From Macrostomum lignano (taxonomy: Eukaryota), in NCBI GenBank assembly GCA_002269645.1, contig NIVC01000089.1:434001-498000 (forward strand): a stretch of 64,000 bases of DNA, in the 5' to 3' direction. The translations under genes were made by a program, and so were the position numbers. Under the pieces are notes generated by a model that ran no database searches, was not told where the DNA came from, and saw only the letters and a program-made list of their open reading frames with translations. Below, one piece after another: positions 63,461 through 64,000 of the stretch (positions are counted from its first letter, which is position 1; every line of letters begins with the position of its first letter).

Positions 63461-64000
63461 AGTAAAAGAACATCTTAAGCATCTTAAGCAAGGGATACAG
63501 AACTACCAGAAGAATGGCTAGTAAGGCAAAAGCAAATAGAGAAAGAACTTTGGCCACAAGGCAAAATGCACCTCCTGATCAGATAGACAGGCAGTGTCTC
63601 AAAGACCATAAGAGAGAAGAAAGAGGAGAGAATAAGGAAGAGTAGAAAGGAGAGAGGAGTGATTGAAAAGTGGAGATGGTTGAGAAGAGTGAGGAGAGGA
63701 GAAAAGTTTTAAAGGCCTCAAATCTTAATTTAATACTATATTTATTCCAATTCTATTTACCTCTATCCCCACTACTTATAAGTGTTCATTTGAGTATGAC
63801 TTTAGGTATGCAAAAACAGTTCCAGGGATTGGAATTCAGTGGGTTAAAATTCACTTAAAAATCTGTGGGTTTTAACAACTCATTTTTGATAAAAATTAAA
63901 AGAATTGTGCTAGCAGGAAATTTTCTATAGTTGATAATCAAAAAAAAATTATTGGCAATGACAAAAAAATCAAACTCACAACCTTATGCACATGACCCCA

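Overview
Metazoan genomic DNA: spliceosomal GT-AG introns, TTAGGG repeats, tRNA-derived SINEs and a PRPF4 gene. A free-living flatworm such as Macrostomum would fit, but the species cannot be established from sequence alone. Four zones. (1) 1-10.3 kb: head-to-tail non-autonomous Helitron-like elements with internal 23-bp satellites and TTAGGG tracts. (2) 10.7-51 kb: a minus-strand tandem array of about ten highly diverged paralogs. Each has a TRIM-type coiled coil ending in LLxxLxIxW, a low-complexity linker and an NHL-like beta-propeller, with no B-box. The array includes double-propeller members, truncated or frameshifted members, and a hand-spliced 1056-aa model with a C3HC4 RING between two propellers. 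Phase-2 splice sites join almost all modules, and one intron holds about 42 tandem copies of its own 5' splice junction. (3) 52.2-58.9 kb: a five-exon PRPF4 (U4/U6 snRNP Prp4) gene with minisatellite-filled introns. (4) 59-64 kb: AT-rich non-coding DNA with a probable solo LTR. All gene models were spliced by hand from GT/AG sites, reading frame and paralog similarity; no transcript or database evidence was available.
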